The notes under the pieces were generated by a model. That model was given only the letters and a program-made list of their open reading frames with translations, had not been told where the DNA came from and ran no database searches. The position numbers were made by a program, and so were the translations under genes. Shown here one piece after another: positions 9,734-19,256 of a stretch of 64,000 nt of DNA. Where the stretch lies: IMG/VR virus record IMGVR_UViG_3300037805_000644, positions 62,001 to 126,000 of that record. One strand, given 5' to 3'. Numbering within the stretch: the stretch's first letter is position 1; each line of letters starts with the position of its first letter.

Positions 9734-12700
9734 CTAGGGGACGTGTAGAATCGTTTCTGTCACGACACCGGCAGGCAGCACACTACCTCCGAGTGCCACC
9801 ATACCCAGCAGCGAATCGTGCTGACCGTTCAAGTCCACCGACCCAGCCCCTCCGTGGAGCAGAGAAGACTGGAGAATCTTGGCACCCCCCGAGAGGAGGG
9901 AGATGGTGGTCACGCCATGCACGAACGGGATTGTCCCGAGCAAGAGAATACCCCCTGCTCCTGTAACTCCCCGAAGCCCGACATAGACCCCCTGGGCGAC
10001 CACTTCTTGTGCTTCCAGCAAGACTGCGAAGTTCCCAGCCCAGGTCAAACCTGCGGTTGCAGCAGAGAACCAGGGGGAGGTGATGGCGTCCGCCATGATC
10101 GCAGCAGCCAGGTCCACATGAGGCTGGGGTGCCACGGCGAAATCCCGTGGGCCGACAGGAACAGCCTTGGCGGTGAAGATCTCCGGCAAAGCGATCCCGT
10201 TCTTGTACACCTCGACGGTGTCTCCGTCCTGGAGGGTGTTGCGGAACTCGATGTAAGCGTCATCACGCCGAGGGGAGAGGCTGTCTAGGCCACCCCAGGG
10301 CCCATAACGGCTGTAATCCCCAGCACCCTCCATGAGGGCAAAGGCTGCCCCGTCGAGGTAACCAACACCATCCGGGTTGATCAGCGCGGTATGGGGCTCC
10401 GAGGGCGGAGCGGCGTCGGAGAACAACCCGAGTGCCGAGAAATCCTCCACCAGGTCCTGGGTGTCAGCCGCCTCAATGGGGGCTCCATCCGGGACGTTGA
10501 TGACCACAGACTCCAGCCGGATGTACCAGTCGGTTCGCTGGTAAATACGGCCTTCTCCCCGACCCCGTTGAACCCCTGGAGACTGAGCGGGGTACGAGGG
10601 CCAGAGAACCGCAGATCCTGGGGCCAGGGTGCCGCCCAACGGGTCATTGCCGTTGATGATGGCCCCTGAGCCGTTGACGGTCGGCCCTACAAACCCACCG
10701 CCCGAGGCGTACAGGTAACCCTTGGGCATCCCACCCTTCTGCGGGAAAGCAGACGACTGCGGGCCCATCTTCTGCTCGGTGAACTTGGTTCCCGACAGCT
10801 CCAGGACGTGGCCGCCGAAAGCACGCCCCGTGAGGGTCCCCGTGTCCGTGTGGTTGGCGCTGGCACCCACACCGCCGAGGGCAGCCCCAGCACCCCCAAC
10901 CTCATAGATGGGGTCGCCTTCCTGATCCGTAAACCCGCTGATGCCGTCCAGCTCGGTAGCCTCACAGGGGAACTGGATGAGTCCCGTCTCCCCGCCGTTG
11001 TCCACCTCGAAGAAAGACATCTGCTCGTAGTACGTGTCCAGGTCGCCGTTGCCGGGCACCCCGTGCCCAAGGAACCTGTCAGCATCCGCCAGCACATTAG
11101 CTGCCAGGACTGCGTCCGGGTCATCCAGCTCCCGGAGGTCGTTGGCGACGGCTACCCGTTTCTCGGTCTGGGCAACCTGGCTCTTGGGATACGCGGGAGT
11201 GCCCTCATTGAGGCGGGTCAAGCTCTGCAACAGCTCCTGGCTCTTGAGGTACGTCTCGGTAACCGGCTTACCAGGAACGAAAAGCACCGTGACCTTGGCG
11301 TGATCCGCCGAGAACGTGCGGGGGTTGCCCTCACTGTCCGGGGTCAGGGTCAGGGTCTGGCTGCCCGTGTCGAAGTCCCACATCTCATCAGTGAGGATGG
11401 GCTCTATCAACCCCGAGTCTACGACCTTGTAGACTCGGCTGGCGTAAATGTGGAACGGCTTGAGGGTGAGGCGCCGGTTGTCCAGCGTCTCGGTCTCGAC
11501 CGTCTCCATCACCTTGTCTTCACCCAGCTCAGCCGAGGTGATGATGTTGAACTTGTTGAGAACCATCCCCTCCGGCTGCTTGAGGTCGTCTTTCCAGTGG
11601 CGGTAAATCTCGTAGCTCAGCTCAGCCCACCGGGTCTGCCCCACTTTCTGGGCCAAGTGCCCGAAAAGAACCGATCCGAACCGGCGGCGATCCTTGGGCA
11701 GGTTGCCGTACTCGACGTTAATCCAGGCCGCCGAGGGCTCTACCTTCCGAGTATGGAAGCCGGTACCGGGGGTGCCTGCGTCCTCAGGGGTGTAACCCCC
11801 AGGGAGTGCCAAGTCCGGCCGAAGCACCGAGAGACCCCACAGAGGGTCCAACACCATGCGGACTTCCATGTTGTTTCGCCAGTCCCACTCGACGAGGACC
11901 GCCGAGGTAGAGCTGTTGGGCACAGAAAGGCCGTCCGTACGAGGCACCACAAAATCGTTGATGCTGACCGCTGAGTAATCGCTGGTGGGCAGGCGGAGCG
12001 CCACACCCAGAGCCCGCTTGATCGTGCTGAGGGGTGAGGTCTCCACGGAGACTGCACGCCATACCACGGTAGCAGAGATCGCAGCATCGTCAGCCCCTGC
12101 GAGATCCGTCCCGAAAGAGCCAACCGAGCAGGCAGTATTGCCGGAACCCGCTGAGGTAAACAGCGTGAGATCCAGGGTGGCCTTCAATACGTCGTCCACA
12201 TACACCAGCACTGTGTCCGTGGACGCATCCACCACACAGCGGTAAAGGTGCAGCTCCCCCCCTGTCCAGTCAAAGTCAAACTGCCCGACAATGGTTGACC
12301 CGCTGATCGCCCGAACCCCCGGCGTGACGCCACCCCTGAGGGTCAGCGTAACCGCACGGTACGTCCCGATCCCAACCTCAGCCGTCATCTCAATGCCGGT
12401 GTCGCCATTGACGTTGGCGGTGAAGGTGGGGACCGCAATGTGCAGCACCATCACCCGACCGCCGCTATCTGCTGCGGTGTCCAGTGGGATAGCTTGCTGG
12501 TCCAGGTAAGAAATCCACCCGCCTTCTCCCGAGGTGGTGAAAGACTGCTGGCCGAACGTCTTGTCCAACACGCCGCCTGCCTCCACCCAGCTTTGGGCGG
12601 AGGGGTTGAGAATGCCGGTGAAGGAGGCCGCCGACATCGAGACGTAACGGTTCTCCCCTGCATCCTCGGCGTATAGGATCGTCTCAAGAGAGGCCATGCG

Positions 12701-15700
12701 CTGGCCGTTGAACAGGGAGACCTGGGAGGTGCCGCCGGAGCCAAACTCCTGGCGGTAAGTGGTCCTCAGATCGACCCCTGCCTGAGGAGTCAAGAAAGGC
12801 TCACTCCTGGCGTAAGCGAAACCGCCACCTGGGAAAGCAGAATCAGAGGCGGCCGTCATCAGGAGGCTGCCTCCAGACAGCATCTCCTGGCCGAAACTCC
12901 CTGTCCGCCACCAGCCGTAACTTGCATCCTCATCGGGAAGGTTGGCGGTGAAATCCGGGGAAACTGTCTGGACATGACCGCGCACGGAGGACGCGTCTGG
13001 GGTGACCCCATACCGGAAAAAGGACCACTCGGCTTGATTCGATGCCTGGCGGCTAAGGGAGCCCCAAAACACCTTGCCATGAGTGCTCGCCACATTCGAC
13101 TTGGCGCCATCCAGCACCACACCCTCGTCAGGCAGGGCCAGGGAGGTCTCTGCCCAGGTCGGGAGGAGATCAGGAGCTGTACCATCCACCTCGGTGAGGG
13201 TTGCCGTGCGGTCACCAGACATCTGGAGCACCGCCACCTCTTGGGTGGGGTCTGCCGTCAATCGGTACGTGGCGGGCTTACCCGACCACTTCGTCTCAAA
13301 GATAGCAACGGGGAACTTGTTACCCCAGAGGTCGTGGAACTCGGGGAACTCGGGGGAGACCCCGAGCGTCGAGGTTCCATTGGTCTGGTGGACCACGCTG
13401 GTCAGGGTGTATGCCCCTGCCTGAGTGCCCTCCAGGATTTGGAAACGGTCGCCCACCGCCACATCCTGAGGGATCTCTGCGGTCACTGCGCCACAGGCGC
13501 CTTGCCCCGCGTTGACCGTCAAGGTGGTCTGGGGGCCGATCTGCCAACTACCCACCAGGTCAGGGGAGTCGGGGTTGAGCAGCAAGCCGACATGCTCCAG
13601 CTCATTCACCAGGAGGGCACCAGCCAGGTACATCTTCACGTCGTCATGGAAACCGAACCCGATGCCCGTCCAAATGCCGTCCGGGGTCGGCGTGGTGTCC
13701 ACCGTGAATCGACCGACCACGAACATGGAGGCGGGGAAGCTGAGATCGATGTCACGATGATACACTGCGACAGGCTCTACACCCGTGGGGTCAGGGTTGC
13801 CCGCAGTATCGATGACCGTGTAGGTCCCTGCCCCAGGGTTCTGCTGCCCCGCGTCCGACCCGAACAGCTCCCAAGCCTGGGGAGCTGCTTGGGGTGTGGT
13901 GTCCCCCGCGAAGGCCACCGAGGCCGCCACGGTCTGATGGGCGAACCCCGCGACCTGAGACCGATGGGGGTGGTTGTTCAGCCTCAGTGTGGTGCTGCTG
14001 TTCAACAGGGCACTGTAAGCCCTCTCAAAGCCCATGTAGCGGTGGCCGATGAGCTTGGGGGTGGGGCGGCCCTTGGGGGGGCCCAGGAGAATGGTGTACG
14101 GGTAACACTGGGTTGGCGCCGAGCCCTTGGGGTGGTCCGGGAGGTCTTGGTTCTCCTGACCACGGCCCACAGGGTTGTGGTGTCCCCGAGGGTTGTCGTA
14201 CTTGTTCAGCACGACACCCTTGGTGTTCAGCCCACCCATGTACATCCGGGGGCTGGCCATCCACTGGTAATCCACCGCCACATCGATCTGCCCTGGGGGC
14301 ATTCGAGGGATGGGGATGCTCACCTCAACTCGGCCGGTATAGGGGTTGACTCGGTTGACTGCAACCTCAACCCCGTTGACCTCAACCGTCACGTCCTGCT
14401 TGCTGGCAGGGGTCCCGTCACCGTGTCCCTTAACCAGGGGGCCTCGGAAAGTCTTGAGCCAGTCCTTAGTCAGGGCCCCTGAGCCCGTGAACTGGGCGGT
14501 TTTCTCGTGCAGGAAGTTCCAAGCCCCTGAGTACACCGTTGAGCTTGCGGTCAGGTGCAGGCGGGTGGTGTCCAGGGTGAGGGTGCCTGCCAATGCAGAC
14601 TGGTCCACAACCACCTGAGCAGTGCCGCCCGCCAGGGCCACCGGAGGTGCCACCAGGTTGATCAGATCGGTGGAGTAAACCGGAAGCTCATCGAACATCC
14701 AGACCGCTTTGTCCGATTTCTGGTTCATCACCAGAGAAAGGGTGTGAGATCCGGCCGTCCAATCGTAACCCGTGAGCTTGACGCTGATCCCTGCCAGGCC
14801 CGAGATCACCCAGAGTGTGGGCACCCCACCAGGGCCATCCCAACCACAAACCAGGCGCATCTCAAAGAGAGCCCCGAAACCATAGGCGAGCCCGAAAACA
14901 CCGGTGTCTCCCACAGGTGCAGTGAACGAGACCTGGTTGAAATCCAGGTCTACCCGGACGGTGGCTCCATCAGCAGCGTTACCCGTCTGGTCCAAGAAAT
15001 CTAGGCTGACCTCGCCGACACCAGGATCTACCGCCAGCCGGTACACCGATCCCGTGATGACGCCTGTGATGGCGCCCGTGAGCCCGGAGACGTAGTCCGC
15101 CGACACGAGGGAGGTGGGGTCACCCTGGGAACTGTCCCAGTCAGATACGAACGAGGGTGAAATCCGGCTCCGGTACAGGATAGAGGTTTGCCCGAGGGTG
15201 GTGACCTCTGCCTTGGTGTTGTCTCCCTGATAGGGGAACTCCACCGACTGGGCCGTCAGGAGTACGGGGTATGCTGGGGTGATTCCCCGGTCATCCTCGA
15301 AAGCCCACTCTTCCGGGTCCTCAATGGTGAGCCGAGCATTGTCTGCTGGGGTTGTCGGGTATGCCGAGGGGTCCAGCATGGGGTGCTCAAAGGTCACCAA
15401 GAGCTTGTCACCCGCACTCGGGGTGATGGTGTGGGCCGGGGCCTCTCCTCGCGTGAGGATGGAGACATCGCTGGCCTGCATGGCGTTGCCACCCAGGTCG
15501 CGGGGGCCGTCCCCCCTGATCGTGTATGTGCCCCCCAGCGTGGTGCCGCTGTGACGGAGGATGACCGAGGTAACCTCAGCCACGGTGTCGCCTGCGGTGA
15601 CATCCACAGAGCCCACCGTCTCCACGGTGACGCCTGTGAGAGTGGCGGGGGCCGCACCACTCACAGGGATGAGGGTGTAGCTCGCCGGGTCAAGCAAAGC

Positions 15701-16060
15701 GGGGTCATCCGGCTGCATGCCCTCAGAGAAAAATACCTCGATCTCGTACCCACTCAGGCTCAACGCCGAGCTGATTTGAGGGCCCACGGCATCCGTTGAA
15801 CCGTAAGGGCCCAGGCCGTAAGGATCCCCACCATAGCCGCCGTCAAGCGCCACGGGACTGGACGGCCAATGGGAAGAGCCACCATAGCCCGCCAGCCCGA
15901 ATCCGGTGCCGCCTTGCTTGGTGTCGTGGGGGCCATAGCCGACCCCCCCGTAACCGGCACCCGGGGGGTGCGGGACACAGGGGAGCGTTCCCCCTTCAAC
16001 GGGGAAGGGGCCGAAGCCAAAGGGGCTTTGGCTAAAGCAGACGCTGGGGTCGGTGCTCAA
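9734..16060 (-). CDS. Very large baseplate or receptor-binding protein (2108 aa) with N-terminal GYG/PYG repeats and lectin-like beta segments
   Basis: TTG start with GGAGG upstream. It contains GYGGVGYG, GFGLAGYGG and GYGGDPYGLGPYGS repeats, and segments such as HLYRCVVDASTDTVLVYVDD resemble ConA/LamG beta-sandwiches. Confidence 0.7.
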   Translation of the reverse strand: MSTDPSVCFSQSPFGFGPFPVEGGTLPCVPHPPGAGYGGVGYGPHDTKQGGTGFGLAGYGGSSHWPSSPVALDGGYGGDPYGLGPYGSTDAVGPQISSALSLSGYEIEVFFSEGMQPDDPALLDPASYTLIPVSGAAPATLTGVTVETVGSVDVTAGDTVAEVTSVILRHSGTTLGGTYTIRGDGPRDLGGNAMQASDVSILTRGEAPAHTITPSAGDKLLVTFEHPMLDPSAYPTTPADNARLTIEDPEEWAFEDDRGITPAYPVLLTAQSVEFPYQGDNTKAEVTTLGQTSILYRSRISPSFVSDWDSSQGDPTSLVSADYVSGLTGAITGVITGSVYRLAVDPGVGEVSLDFLDQTGNAADGATVRVDLDFNQVSFTAPVGDTGVFGLAYGFGALFEMRLVCGWDGPGGVPTLWVISGLAGISVKLTGYDWTAGSHTLSLVMNQKSDKAVWMFDELPVYSTDLINLVAPPVALAGGTAQVVVDQSALAGTLTLDTTRLHLTASSTVYSGAWNFLHEKTAQFTGSGALTKDWLKTFRGPLVKGHGDGTPASKQDVTVEVNGVEVAVNRVNPYTGRVEVSIPIPRMPPGQIDVAVDYQWMASPRMYMGGLNTKGVVLNKYDNPRGHHNPVGRGQENQDLPDHPKGSAPTQCYPYTILLGPPKGRPTPKLIGHRYMGFERAYSALLNSSTTLRLNNHPHRSQVAGFAHQTVAASVAFAGDTTPQAAPQAWELFGSDAGQQNPGAGTYTVIDTAGNPDPTGVEPVAVYHRDIDLSFPASMFVVGRFTVDTTPTPDGIWTGIGFGFHDDVKMYLAGALLVNELEHVGLLLNPDSPDLVGSWQIGPQTTLTVNAGQGACGAVTAEIPQDVAVGDRFQILEGTQAGAYTLTSVVHQTNGTSTLGVSPEFPEFHDLWGNKFPVAIFETKWSGKPATYRLTADPTQEVAVLQMSGDRTATLTEVDGTAPDLLPTWAETSLALPDEGVVLDGAKSNVASTHGKVFWGSLSRQASNQAEWSFFRYGVTPDASSVRGHVQTVSPDFTANLPDEDASYGWWRTGSFGQEMLSGGSLLMTAASDSAFPGGGFAYARSEPFLTPQAGVDLRTTYRQEFGSGGTSQVSLFNGQRMASLETILYAEDAGENRYVSMSAASFTGILNPSAQSWVEAGGVLDKTFGQQSFTTSGEGGWISYLDQQAIPLDTAADSGGRVMVLHIAVPTFTANVNGDTGIEMTAEVGIGTYRAVTLTLRGGVTPGVRAISGSTIVGQFDFDWTGGELHLYRCVVDASTDTVLVYVDDVLKATLDLTLFTSAGSGNTACSVGSFGTDLAGADDAAISATVVWRAVSVETSPLSTIKRALGVALRLPTSDYSAVSINDFVVPRTDGLSVPNSSTSAVLVEWDWRNNMEVRMVLDPLWGLSVLRPDLALPGGYTPEDAGTPGTGFHTRKVEPSAAWINVEYGNLPKDRRRFGSVLFGHLAQKVGQTRWAELSYEIYRHWKDDLKQPEGMVLNKFNIITSAELGEDKVMETVETETLDNRRLTLKPFHIYASRVYKVVDSGLIEPILTDEMWDFDTGSQTLTLTPDSEGNPRTFSADHAKVTVLFVPGKPVTETYLKSQELLQSLTRLNEGTPAYPKSQVAQTEKRVAVANDLRELDDPDAVLAANVLADADRFLGHGVPGNGDLDTYYEQMSFFEVDNGGETGLIQFPCEATELDGISGFTDQEGDPIYEVGGAGAALGGVGASANHTDTGTLTGRAFGGHVLELSGTKFTEQKMGPQSSAFPQKGGMPKGYLYASGGGFVGPTVNGSGAIINGNDPLGGTLAPGSAVLWPSYPAQSPGVQRGRGEGRIYQRTDWYIRLESVVINVPDGAPIEAADTQDLVEDFSALGLFSDAAPPSEPHTALINPDGVGYLDGAAFALMEGAGDYSRYGPWGGLDSLSPRRDDAYIEFRNTLQDGDTVEVYKNGIALPEIFTAKAVPVGPRDFAVAPQPHVDLAAAIMADAITSPWFSAATAGLTWAGNFAVLLEAQEVVAQGVYVGLRGVTGAGGILLLGTIPFVHGVTTISLLSGGAKILQSSLLHGGAGSVDLNGQHDSLLGMVALGGSVLPAGVVTETILHVP

Positions 16061-16114
16061 AGGGGATTCCTCCAGTCCTACCGTACCGGACTCATACGGA
16101 GACCGGCGGAATCA

Positions 16115-19100
16115 TCAGACGATGAACCAGTTAGTTCCGTCCGAGTACACCGTTGCCGAAGCCCAGTCTGCAATGAGCACCAGAGGCGCTACGGCCCCGT
16201 CGATGGTCTCTGCCGCAGGAACCTGGATGTTGACGGCGTGGGTGGCAGCGTTGCCGACCTCGTCCTTGATGGTCACCCGACGACCAGCCGAAGCTGCGGG
16301 GAGGGTGATGTCCAGGGGGGCTGCCCCTGTGGCCGTGTCCACCCCGATGATATCCTCGGTGGTGATCACCAGGTTGACTACGGTGTGGGCATAAGGGGGG
16401 CTAACCGAAGCGGAGAGGGTGCCTGAGACAACCACATCCCCATCGAAAGTGATCTCCCCAGATGCGGAACACCGGAAGGTGCTCACATCGGGGTAAGCAC
16501 CGGGGACCTCAACGGCACCTGAGGCGAGACGCAACTCCCCCAGGGCAATCAGAAGGTCTCCAGGTGCCCCCGCCGGAACATTGTCCCCCACAACCATCAG
16601 GGCAGAAAGGGTACCCACACTGCCCGAAGTCAGCCGGAGGGTGCCGCCATTATCCGAAGCCACGATGTGGCCGGCAGAAGCTGTCGTGATACTGGATTGC
16701 ACCGTGGCGTAGTTGGTCCCGTCCGGGATGCTCACCGCAATGATGGAGCCGTCAGCAGCCTGGAGGAACAAGGTCCCCCCCGAGTTCACGGGGATGTTCC
16801 CGGGGAAAGGGTTGGCCGCGTCCAAGGTCATGGACGTGCCCGTGTCGGGGCACGCCACGATCACGACACCATGGTTGGCGTTGGCAGCGTAGCCCGGCGC
16901 CAGCAAGAGATCCCCTGCCTCACCTACCAGGTCAGTGGCGTCCATGTGGTCACCCGCACGGACCACGGCATCACCGGCAGTTCGGGCGGTTCCGGCTGCG
17001 GTGTCCAGACGTGACCCACCTGCCAGAATGGCCGAGCCCAGTTCGCCTTGGTTGGCGTCTCCGAGATCCCGGGACCCTACTTTCATGTTGTAGGCGTTGA
17101 GTTCAGTGGCTGTGCCAAGCTGAGGGCCCGCAATGACCCGAGCCACGGCATTGACCGAGGCAGCCGCGCCGTATCCGGGCGGGTACACCGTACGCCCAAA
17201 CCGCAAGATCGGACCCCCACCCCAGGTGTTGGGGTCGAGGGTGATCTCCGAGCCTTTGCCGTCCACCCCGAACGACCCGACATCAAGCTGACCTTCCACC
17301 TGGAGGCCGCCGTTGAGGTCGGCGTCAAACCCAGTGGTGAAACCGACAGGACTGCTTGCCCCGGTGATCTGCACAGCACCATCATCCGCCAGGATGGATC
17401 GCCCCAGCCCAGCGCCCAGGGTGAGGGGGCTCGGGTTTGCCAGGCCGTTGTAGGCTGTGGTGAGGCTCCAGAAGGGGGAGATGCCCAAAGGCATCACCAG
17501 ATTCAGCAGGATGTCAAGAACATCCTGGACATTCTTGTTACCCACCTGGGCCGTCGCCGGCACTGCGGGAGACACGTCTGTGCCGTCCCACCCTTGCCAG
17601 TCCCCGTCATAGCCCAGGGAGAACGCCCGGAGGGTGTGCTCCATGGTTGGGGTGCCCGTGGTGAGCAGGAACGGTGAAGGGGGCGTTGCATTGCGGGGCA
17701 TCGTGAGCCCCGAGGTGGTGACGGTGACCGCGCCCACAGCCTGGATATCATCCACCGTGATCTGGCCTGCAAGGACCACATTGGTGAGGGATACGGGAAC
17801 GCCCCCAGGCTTTGTGGCTGCACCTGCACCGAAGCCGTCCAGGACGAGGCCCTGGGCTGCGGTAGCACCCTGGAGGACGCCACCCGTGAACTGAGCCGGA
17901 CCATACACCCGAGCTGCAATACCATTGGAGGACACCAGGTCACAGTCCCGGAGGGTGATCTGGGCAGCCGGCATCTCAAAGAGGGATGCGTTGACCTCAA
18001 AGGCAGTGCGGACCGCCTTGAGATCCACGTCCACCAGCTTGACAGTGGTGGCATTGAGGTCAATCTTCAAGGCCACGTCGGTGTCAGCGTTGTCCTGGTA
18101 GCTCACCACGGAACTACTGAACAGGAGCAGGGAGGCGTAGTTGGCTCCCGTTACCGAGAGAGCGGCACCAGGCCCGATGGCCGTTGCCATTTGGGCGATG
18201 ACACAGCCCTCGGCTCGGAAGACCCCCCGATCCACCAGGAGCACAGGAGCCACAGCAGCGGCGTCAGTGTTCTCCAGACGGAGGTTCATCAGGTGGACCT
18301 GATCCGTGTCGGCCGAAGGCTGGAACCGGTGAGACTGACCCGCAGCGTTGGCCGTGCGGAGCACCACCTCGTGTGAGCCCTCAGCCGGAGTCGATGCCGA
18401 GGCCCACTGAGCCGTGCCCTCACCCATGAGGTGGATCCAGGGCTGGAAAACCAGGTCCTCAGAGTACAGACCCGGCTTGATCTTGATGAGCCAGGGCTCT
18501 CCCTGAGAGGGGGCGGGCTCACCTCGCCCAACCGAACCGGCAGCGTAAGTGATGGCCTCGCCGACGGTAGAGAAATCCCCATGCTTCTCAGCAGTGATGA
18601 TCAGCTCGTCTGCTGTACCTGAGGTGTCGGACCCAGGCAGCTCGAACGTGTTGGTCGCGTCGTCAGAGTTGGCCGTGCGGTCACGTCCCCGGTTGGAGTC
18701 CACGTACAGGACTCGACCCGAACTGGCCGTTCTGCGCATGATGCCCAGAATGCGCTGGATGTTCTCGTTCTGGATGCCGCTCCACCCCTTGGCAGACGCA
18801 TCGACCGGAATGGTGCCGGTCTCATCACGCCGCTCGCCCGCAGCAACCATCAAGATGTTGCCGAACTTGGTCTTGTAAGCGGTGCGGATGAACTGGGTGC
18901 TCTCCGTCGGCAGGCCCTGATCAACGACCAGGCGGACAAGGTAAGCACCTTCATTGTCCACGATGAAGCGGGCCGTGGAGGTGTTGGAGTTTTCGGGGGC
19001 CAGGAGGGCTGCCACTGAGGCGGTGCCGTCCGGCGCATTCGGGGTGTCGGCCAGAGTCCAGGCGTAAGTGGTTGCGGCGTCCAACGACTCCAACACCACC

Positions 19101-19204
19101 TCATTGCCCTTGCGGAGGTCCGCACGACTAACTTCCGAGAGGGGCGCCCCTACCTGGACGCCACCCGGGGTCTCATTTACTGTGCTGCGGATACGAGCGG
19201 GCAT
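16115..19204 (-). CDS. Tail fibre or tailspike-like receptor-binding protein (1029 aa)
   Basis: PKD/Ig-like N-terminus (TYAWTL...EGAYLVRLVV). The GDFSTVGEAI...IKIKPGLYSEDL motif typically opens a pectin-lyase-like beta-helix. The C-terminal DITLPAASAGRRVTIKD...TIDG...TVYSDGTNWFIV domain is typical of fibres. Confidence 0.75.
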   Translation of the reverse strand: MPARIRSTVNETPGGVQVGAPLSEVSRADLRKGNEVVLESLDAATTYAWTLADTPNAPDGTASVAALLAPENSNTSTARFIVDNEGAYLVRLVVDQGLPTESTQFIRTAYKTKFGNILMVAAGERRDETGTIPVDASAKGWSGIQNENIQRILGIMRRTASSGRVLYVDSNRGRDRTANSDDATNTFELPGSDTSGTADELIITAEKHGDFSTVGEAITYAAGSVGRGEPAPSQGEPWLIKIKPGLYSEDLVFQPWIHLMGEGTAQWASASTPAEGSHEVVLRTANAAGQSHRFQPSADTDQVHLMNLRLENTDAAAVAPVLLVDRGVFRAEGCVIAQMATAIGPGAALSVTGANYASLLLFSSSVVSYQDNADTDVALKIDLNATTVKLVDVDLKAVRTAFEVNASLFEMPAAQITLRDCDLVSSNGIAARVYGPAQFTGGVLQGATAAQGLVLDGFGAGAATKPGGVPVSLTNVVLAGQITVDDIQAVGAVTVTTSGLTMPRNATPPSPFLLTTGTPTMEHTLRAFSLGYDGDWQGWDGTDVSPAVPATAQVGNKNVQDVLDILLNLVMPLGISPFWSLTTAYNGLANPSPLTLGAGLGRSILADDGAVQITGASSPVGFTTGFDADLNGGLQVEGQLDVGSFGVDGKGSEITLDPNTWGGGPILRFGRTVYPPGYGAAASVNAVARVIAGPQLGTATELNAYNMKVGSRDLGDANQGELGSAILAGGSRLDTAAGTARTAGDAVVRAGDHMDATDLVGEAGDLLLAPGYAANANHGVVIVACPDTGTSMTLDAANPFPGNIPVNSGGTLFLQAADGSIIAVSIPDGTNYATVQSSITTASAGHIVASDNGGTLRLTSGSVGTLSALMVVGDNVPAGAPGDLLIALGELRLASGAVEVPGAYPDVSTFRCSASGEITFDGDVVVSGTLSASVSPPYAHTVVNLVITTEDIIGVDTATGAAPLDITLPAASAGRRVTIKDEVGNAATHAVNIQVPAAETIDGAVAPLVLIADWASATVYSDGTNWFIV

Positions 19205-19256
19205 GGTGTCTCCATCGGGTTAGTCGGCCCTCACCTCACAGGTGGGTATAGGCCAA

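Noticed and set aside
6729-14482. Long plus-strand ORFs (e.g. 6729-8321, 530 aa; 10808-11974; 12974-14482, 502 aa) and many others antisense to the structural genes
   Set aside because: They lie wholly opposite long coherent genes, lack RBSs and motifs, and have His/Arg/Gly-skewed composition. They are shadow ORFs expected from high-GC codon bias.
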